Below, one piece after another: positions 58,291-64,000 of a DNA stretch of 64,000 nucleotides. The notes under the pieces were generated by a model that was given only the letters and a program-made list of their open reading frames with translations, made no database searches and had not been told where the DNA came from. How positions within the stretch are numbered: position 1 is the first letter of the stretch; every line of letters starts with the position of its first letter. The DNA is from an uncultured bacterium (GTDB lineage: Bacteria; Chloroflexota; UBA5177; JANWHV01): the NCBI GenBank assembly GCA_963729625.1, contig CAVSOU010000014.1:1-64000 (forward strand). Direction: 5' to 3'. The translations under genes were made by a program, and so were the position numbers.

Positions 58291-59229
58291 CTATCTGAAA
58301 AGCGCGCTTACCGAGACATCCTCGTGGATTCGCTTGATCGCCTCGGCAATGAGCGGAGCAACAGTCAACACTTCGATCTTATCACCCTTTTGGACCTCTG
58401 TAACTGGAATTGAGTTTGTCACCACCAGGTGGCGTATTCTGCTTTCGGCTATCAATTCCGCGGTGCGCCCTACCAGAGGTGCGTGCACACCGAACGCATA
58501 GACCGCCTTCGCCCCTCGTTCCAGCAACATGTTTGCAGCCTCGAACAGCGTTCCGCCGGTGGAGATAATATCGTCAACGATTATCGCGTTCTTGTCGCGG
58601 ACCTCGCCGACCATCTCGATCATCTCGGCGACATCCGGTGCGGGTCGCTGCTTGGCGATAATTGCGAGCGACGCGCCGAGACGCGCGCGAAAGTCGTTCG
58701 CACGAAGCACGCCGCCCGGATCCGGTGACACGACGACCACGTCGTCCAGCTTCATTTGCTTGCAATGCGCCACCATCACGTTGGCGGAACGCAGGTGGTC
58801 GACAGGAATGTCGAAAAAACCCTCGATGGCCGGCGTATGCAAGTCCAGCGTGAGCACGCGGTTTGCGCCCGCGACCGTGATCAGATTGGCGACCAGCTTC
58901 CCGGTGATTGGCTCGCGGCCGACGCTCTTCTTCTCCTGCCGCGAATAGCCAAAATACGGTATCACCGCTGTGATTCGTCGCGCTGATGCACGGCGCAGCG
59001 CTTCGATCATGATCAGTAGCTCCATGATATGGTGATCGACGGGGCGGCAGGTTGGTTGCACGACGAAGACATCGGCACCTCGGACGTTATCCTCGATGCG
59101 GACCCGGGTCTCTTCGTCTCTAAACGTGCCGACGAACGCGCGCCCAAGCGGGATGCCCAGAATCTCGGCGATCTCGCCGGCGAGCGACGGGTTCGCCGAA
59201 CCAGTAAATACCTGGAGCCTTCCCTCCAT
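58291..59229 (-). CDS. prs: Ribose-phosphate pyrophosphokinase
   Basis: PYFGYSRQE, DLH, VVSPDPGG, IVDDIISTGGT. Confidence 0.97.
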   Translation of the reverse strand: MEGRLQVFTGSANPSLAGEIAEILGIPLGRAFVGTFRDEETRVRIEDNVRGADVFVVQPTCRPVDHHIMELLIMIEALRRASARRITAVIPYFGYSRQEKKSVGREPITGKLVANLITVAGANRVLTLDLHTPAIEGFFDIPVDHLRSANVMVAHCKQMKLDDVVVVSPDPGGVLRANDFRARLGASLAIIAKQRPAPDVAEMIEMVGEVRDKNAIIVDDIISTGGTLFEAANMLLERGAKAVYAFGVHAPLVGRTAELIAESRIRHLVVTNSIPVTEVQKGDKIEVLTVAPLIAEAIKRIHEDVSVSALFR

Positions 59230-59234
59230 CCGAT

Positions 59235-60611
59235 CTACTCCTCACTCTCATGCGTTCGCGGCTGGTTGCCGAGCACTGTACCGCGCCGTATTTCCCTCGC
59301 GGGCGTCCCGGCCACGGTCGTGTTATCGGGCACGTCGTGCAGCACGACACTGCCAGCGCCGGTATACGCGCCATCTCCAATGACGATCGGTGCACGCAGC
59401 ATCGTGCCGACCCCGAGAAACACCTTATCACCGATTGAGGTCTTGTGCTTCTTCGCCCCATCGTAATTGGCGGTGATGGTGCCGGCTCCAACGTTGACGT
59501 GATGACCGGTGGTTGTGTCTCCCAGATAACTGAAATGTCCCATCTTGGTACCTTCGCCGATGAAGCTGTTCTTGGTCTCGGCGAAATTTCCGAGATGTAC
59601 GTCGTCGGCAAGCGTCGACCCCGCGCGCAAATGTGAGTAGGGACCAACGTGCACGTGATCGCCCAATTCGGAGAACTCAATCTGCGACGATATGATCGTA
59701 CAGTCATTTCCGATCGACGATGCGACAATCCGGCTCTGCGCGCCGATATGGCATCGCTCGCCGATCGTGACGCCCGGCTCCACGATCACGTTCGGCTCGA
59801 TGACGGTGTCTCGCCCAATGGACGCGTCGGCCGCGATATACACTGAGGCCGGATCGATCAGCGTCACGCCGGAGGTCATAATCGTCTCGTTCACGCGCCG
59901 TCGCATGATCGCTTCGGCGTGCGCCAAACCAATTCGGTCGTTGATGCCGACGAATTCATCCGCCGACGCGCCAGGCACGACCAGGAGCCCACCGGCCGCG
60001 GCCGCCAACTCAGCGGCGTCGGTGAGATAGATTTCGTCGTCCCCGTGCCTCGGCAATGTCGGCATCGTATCTTCAAGCCACTGTGCATCGATCACGTACA
60101 GGCCGGTGTTGATCTCATTGATCATGCGCTGGGTTTCGGTCAGCCATTTGTCTTCGACGATCGCGAGGGGTGCTCCGCCTGGATCGCGGATAATCCGGCC
60201 GTAGCCGTCTGGCCGCGCGACGTACGCGGACTGGACTGTCAGTGTGGCTCCGTGCTCGCGGTGCCGCGCCCTCAGGTTGATGAGCGTCTCGGCCGTGATC
60301 AGCGGCATGTCCCCATACAGCACCATCAGCTCAGTGCATGGCGCGCTGATCGCCGCAAGCGCGATGCTTACGGCATGGCCGGTTCCGCGCTGCTCGTGCT
60401 GCACCGCAGTCTCAACGTCCGCTGGAAGCAGACCGCGCACGATCTCGTGCTCATGTCCGATGACGTAGAGGGGCGTTAGGTCTGGTACGGATGCAACGGC
60501 GCGATGTACATGCTCGATCATCGCCAGGCCCGCGACCTTGTGTGCGACTTTCGGAAGTGCCGACTTCATGCGCGTGCCCTTGCCCGCCGCGAGCACAATG
60601 GCAACAGTCAT
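59235..60611 (-). CDS. glmU: Bifunctional UDP-GlcNAc pyrophosphorylase/GlcN-1-P acetyltransferase
   Basis: LAAGKGTRMKS, GTGHAV, GYGRI, EINTG, hexapeptide region, HFSYLGD, GTITANYDG. Confidence 0.97.
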   Translation of the reverse strand: MTVAIVLAAGKGTRMKSALPKVAHKVAGLAMIEHVHRAVASVPDLTPLYVIGHEHEIVRGLLPADVETAVQHEQRGTGHAVSIALAAISAPCTELMVLYGDMPLITAETLINLRARHREHGATLTVQSAYVARPDGYGRIIRDPGGAPLAIVEDKWLTETQRMINEINTGLYVIDAQWLEDTMPTLPRHGDDEIYLTDAAELAAAAGGLLVVPGASADEFVGINDRIGLAHAEAIMRRRVNETIMTSGVTLIDPASVYIAADASIGRDTVIEPNVIVEPGVTIGERCHIGAQSRIVASSIGNDCTIISSQIEFSELGDHVHVGPYSHLRAGSTLADDVHLGNFAETKNSFIGEGTKMGHFSYLGDTTTGHHVNVGAGTITANYDGAKKHKTSIGDKVFLGVGTMLRAPIVIGDGAYTGAGSVVLHDVPDNTTVAGTPAREIRRGTVLGNQPRTHESEE

Positions 60612-61021
60612 TCGAAGGCACCTCCTCTAGACGCCAATACTAAATGCCAAAATTGGCTCGCGTGGGGGGTGGTAGCTCGCCGATCTCCGCCGGCCGGGAG
60701 GAATGCAGGTCCACCGAGCTTTGCAATAGACTCGCCCGGCCAGCTCTCCAAGCCGTCATGCCGCACCTCGCCGTGCGCGCTCCGGCTATCAGTGTAGCAG
60801 GTGGCGTCGGGTAGAAGGCTCAGATACTCGGGGCCGGGCGCCAGACCGATACGCGGCGTGAGGCGCAGTCTTGGATGGCTGCAACAAGCGCGGCCCGTTG
60901 CGCAAGCGTCAACGTGAAGGAGCGTCAATGAGCGCTGCCAAGGCGAGAAGCAGGACCAGGGGCGGCGCTTGGCATGGCCGCAACGAGGCGCGCACAGATT
61001 CTGGCGGCGGCGGAGATGTGC

Positions 61022-61243
61022 CTATATTTGCCAGTCGAAAGCCCCAGCAACGTCCTCGTCGTCGATGCCGGCCATGGCACGCGCGATATGCCGCGCATTC
61101 GACTCCTCATGCCTTTGAATGCCGGCAGCGACCGCCTGACCAATCGCGGTTGCCAGACCATCGAGGGCTCGCGGCTCATCGGGTGACCATCCTGCGAGTG
61201 CTAATCGTGCGGCGTCTGTTACGATCTTGATCAAGTCCTCCAT
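61022..61243 (-). CDS. Small hypothetical protein (73 aa)
   Basis: AAGGTGGAG RBS, amphipathic-helix composition, 41 bp downstream of cvpA on the same strand. Confidence 0.6.
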   Translation of the reverse strand: MEDLIKIVTDAARLALAGWSPDEPRALDGLATAIGQAVAAGIQRHEESNARHIARAMAGIDDEDVAGAFDWQI

Positions 61244-61284
61244 CGCGACTCCACCTTGGCTGCTCGTTTCACGCGTACCGCACG

Positions 61285-61878
61285 CTATTTCTTCGGAGGC
61301 GTCGGCGTTCCAAATGGCTCACCGAGGAACGGTGCATTATCCTTAACCAGTCGAATCATGCTGTCTCGCATGCCGGCGGGGAGCATGTTGGTCAACTGTG
61401 GCACGTTCTCCCACAGCCAAACGGCAATCTGGGCCTGATGAACTTGCTTGTTGAAATCCGTAGAGTTGAACTGCGCCAATCCTGCCAGCAGGATCATGCT
61501 CAGCAGTACGCCGCGCGCCAGCCCAAGTGCGAGGCCGCCAACACGGTCGATCCAGCCAAGCATAAGGAACCGTTCGACCCACACGAGCAAGTTGGCCGCA
61601 ATTTCGACGACGATCACAATGGCAACGAACGCAATGAGAAACGCCCATCGACCGTTGATCGCCGGGTGCTGGATTCCTGCCTGTTTGAGAGCCGGGTCAA
61701 TCTGAACCGCCAACTGACCTGCGAATAGCGCTCCAAGGACGATTCCGGCGATCCCTGCTATAGATCGGAGCAGGCCTCGCCAGAGTCCGAAAAGCCCTGA
61801 GACCACGATAATGCCGGTGATCGCCGGGTCCAACCAATCGGAACTAGAATTGGCAGCTGCTGCGGCGTTCAAGATCAC
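61285..61878 (-). CDS. cvpA: CvpA family membrane protein
   Basis: WLD..I...GLWRGLL, GWIDRVGGLALGLARG; GGAGG before GTG 61878. Confidence 0.85.
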   Translation of the reverse strand: MILNAAAAANSSSDWLDPAITGIIVVSGLFGLWRGLLRSIAGIAGIVLGALFAGQLAVQIDPALKQAGIQHPAINGRWAFLIAFVAIVIVVEIAANLLVWVERFLMLGWIDRVGGLALGLARGVLLSMILLAGLAQFNSTDFNKQVHQAQIAVWLWENVPQLTNMLPAGMRDSMIRLVKDNAPFLGEPFGTPTPPKK

Positions 61879-62124
61879 GGCGTATCCTCCGGTAATGGGC
61901 AACCTTGCGCGGCCAAGCCCCAGTCGCATAGTAGCACAGGACGCTGCTCCGAAATAGCCTAACCCCGGACAAAGCTATCCGCACGGAGCCGCCCGCCCGC
62001 TGCGGAAGAATGGAAGGGCGATCCATTGGGTACCGCCGGGGTACCTGCCCGAAGGGCGGGTCGTCGCGAGTCGTGGTACCCGGTCCTGCAGCCGGCTGTG
62101 CGTACGGTAGACACTTCAGTCTAA

Positions 62125-62158
62125 GCGATGGCCCGCGAAGCGGGTCGCGGGCCATCGC
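62125..62158 (-). terminator. Perfect 14-bp hairpin downstream of padR
   Basis: GCGATGGCCCGCGA-agcggg-TCGCGGGCCATCGC; weak U-tract. Confidence 0.6.
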
Positions 62159-62250
62159 GTGCTGCGGCCAGTGGGCGCGATGTGACATCATGCTCAAGAT
62201 GTCCACCGAGTTACCGCCGCGGACATCTTCAGCAGGACCGTGCGCCGGTG

Positions 62251-62850
62251 TTACACGTCGGTTGTCGGCGGTGCCGGCGGTGCCGGCGGTGCCGGCGGTG
62301 CCGCCGGCTCGGCAAGAATGCTATAGATCTCCCGACGAGCACGGTCGATCGCATCGCGGAGCCTGGCAAGCCTTGCCGGGTCTCCACTGGATGTTCGGGC
62401 TGCCTGCACGACAGCACGGCCAAATTCGAACACCTCGCGGCCGAACGCCCGAACCTCAGGCGAAGCGCCAAATTCGGGTGGACCCCAGTGGTGGCCGGTT
62501 CGCTCCCGGTTGTGAGACTCCAGGTACTCGCGGCCCTCGTCGGTGATCGAATACACGCGTTTGCCGTCTTCGGTGACAGACCGGACGTAGCCTCGATCCT
62601 CGAGCATCTGCAGTGTGGGATAGACAGAGCCGGGGCTTGGCGAATAGAAGCCCGAGAAGCGGCTCTCGAGCTCCTTGATCATCTCGTACCCGTGCTTCGG
62701 CCGCTCCTTCAGGAGGTCCAGCAGCAGAAACTTGATGTCTCCGCGCCCGAACCGCCGTTCAGGTCCCATGCCAAAACGCCGTCCAAAACCGTTCATCCAG
62801 ATGTACCCCCTCCAGTGCGCTCCGGGCCCGCAGTATGTCGACGCAGTCAT
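62251..62850 (-). CDS. PadR-family transcriptional regulator (YqjI-like)
   Basis: FGRGDIK, HGYEMI, YSPSPGSVYPTL, YSITDEG, ARREIY; GAGGAGG RBS. Confidence 0.92.
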   Translation of the reverse strand: MTASTYCGPGAHWRGYIWMNGFGRRFGMGPERRFGRGDIKFLLLDLLKERPKHGYEMIKELESRFSGFYSPSPGSVYPTLQMLEDRGYVRSVTEDGKRVYSITDEGREYLESHNRERTGHHWGPPEFGASPEVRAFGREVFEFGRAVVQAARTSSGDPARLARLRDAIDRARREIYSILAEPAAPPAPPAPPAPPTTDV

Positions 62851-62888
62851 TGCTGATCCCTCCTCGGTACATAGATAGCGACTGCTAG

Positions 62889-62898
62889 CGATATATCG
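62889..62898. promoter_or_regulatory. Palindrome CGATATATCG, probable PadR auto-operator
   Basis: Perfect AT-cored palindrome about 40 bp upstream of the padR start. Confidence 0.55.
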
Positions 62899-63081
62899 AT
62901 AGTAGATCCCGTGCGGGTTCAGCGCAAGTACTTGAACTGCAACATGGCGAATGCAGATGGGATGTCGCAAGGATTGGCCACGTCGCTCGCGGCAGAAACC
63001 GTGTACCGTGTAGCGTAATTGCTGGAGCCGGACGGCGCCGGCCGTTTGTTCGTGCGGGACCGACCCTGGAGGACCTGCGGT

Positions 63082-63372
63082 ATGGCACAGACCTTCCGAG
63101 TAGCCTACGTAAAACAACCGGGATCGAACCTGATCATCGTCTTTGTTACGCCGTTCTTTCGCGACCTAACTTTCGACCAACAATGTGTGCTTTCAGACGA
63201 ACTGCAAGCCAGGGCAAAGGCGGCGGGCATGCGAGGCCAGGTTGGGTTCGTCTGGACGGATAGGGACGGGACGATGGGATTTTGGGCGCCCAAGCAGTTC
63301 GATTCGTTCCTGAGCAAGCTCAGTCCGCTGATACTTGCCAAGAGTCTTGACCGCACGCTGACAATCGAATAG
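63082..63372 (+). CDS. Hypothetical protein (96 aa)
   Basis: GGAGG RBS; globular alpha/beta-like composition. Confidence 0.7.
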   Translation: MAQTFRVAYVKQPGSNLIIVFVTPFFRDLTFDQQCVLSDELQARAKAAGMRGQVGFVWTDRDGTMGFWAPKQFDSFLSKLSPLILAKSLDRTLTIE

Positions 63373-63421
63373 CGGCCCGAACCGGAGAATCAGGTGATCG
63401 CGCGTGGTGACCGGAGGGCTA

Positions 63422-64000
63422 TCAGCGAGCTCTATGGCTGACTTCCGCCCGCATCGTCCCCCTGCTGGCTACCGTCCGAGAAGCGACGGCGGCAAAGAGT
63501 GTGGGGACGCGGAGATGCGCGAACAACGGTACGAGGGCGGCGGTGATCCAGCAGAGTGTGCCGACCATGCGAGGGCCGATCTCCACGGCACCGATTGTCG
63601 TAGCGCCTGCGACCATCAAGAAACCGGAAAACCACTCTGCCGTTTGGGCGTTGCTCCGGATGGGAATACTCTCCCTGAAATGCAGGAGCGCCAGAGGCCG
63701 GACCAGCGCCCCGACTAGTAGAAGGAGCGCTCCCGGCAGTCGTTGCCAAATGTCAGCCGCAGGAACCAGGAGCATGCCCGTGACCGCGCAGAGCAGAATC
63801 GGACAGTCTAGCGGCCGCAGATCCGGCGACCTGCGACGCTCTACGCGGAGTGCGCGCTGCATGCCGACAACGGGACGAATATCGCCGGCACGCGCGCGCC
63901 ACGCACGCCATAGTCGACGCCAGCACCAGTATGTGGCAAGGCACGCACTGACCAGCGCGAAACTCGCAACACAGTCGAGTACGTAATGGTTCGCCGTAAC
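63422..64000 (-). CDS. Hypothetical membrane protein, probably 5' truncated by the window edge
   Basis: ORF 63422..63862 with hydrophobic segments; the frame appears to continue upstream. Confidence 0.5.
   Translation of the reverse strand, partial: VTANHYVLDCVASFALVSACLATYWCWRRLWRAWRARAGDIRPVVGMQRALRVERRRSPDLRPLDCPILLCAVTGMLLVPAADIWQRLPGALLLLVGALVRPLALLHFRESIPIRSNAQTAEWFSGFLMVAGATTIGAVEIGPRMVGTLCWITAALVPLFAHLRVPTLFAAVASRTVASRGTMRAEVSHRAR

Noticed and set aside
60608-60928. 106-aa ORF overlapping the glmU start, or a tRNA-Gln upstream of glmU
   Set aside because: Non-protein-like composition and an internal promoter motif; no cloverleaf or TTCGA arm is visible.
62266-62306. 9-bp tandem repeat GCGGTGCCG
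   Set aside because: Encodes the PPAPPAPPAPP low-complexity tail of PadR; in-frame and unremarkable.

Overview
High-GC bacterial chromosomal segment, possibly Chloroflexota-like (weak inference from gene families and TGnTAnnnT promoters). I found no rRNA, tRNA, CRISPR array, integrase or transposase. In order: a frameshifted Met/Cys PLP enzyme divergent from homospermidine synthase; an MFS transporter; a sugar-catabolism block (KdgK, Eda, enolase-family dehydratase, GntR/LacI regulator, heavily frameshifted sugar ABC transporter, secreted protein, GH38 alpha-mannosidase); a ~10 kb accessory block (17.5-27.9 kb) of four secreted modular proteins; a partial inositol operon (IclR, iolB, iolD, YbaK-like, TIM barrel); cfa; EamA; divergent CheC-like and HDOD genes; trxA, patatin, rubrerythrin-VIT1 and CopD-like genes; a CDP-sugar/glycosyltransferase/GH26 polysaccharide locus; galM; an orphan PyrK-like gene; a FapA-PilZ fusion; and housekeeping genes (mpg, CNNM/CBS, prs, glmU, cvpA, PadR). 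The best candidate for an undescribed system is the secreted-protein block. It combines swappable heads (a catalytically dead trypsin-like domain, 43-aa repeat propellers with position-specific variability, a Cys-rich BNR-like propeller), Thr/Pro stalks, a C-terminal domain shared by three of the four proteins, and a duplicated 138-bp leader. Second-tier candidates are the FapA-PilZ/CheC/HDOD signalling set and two structured non-coding leaders. All family calls are from motif recognition by eye; no searches were run.
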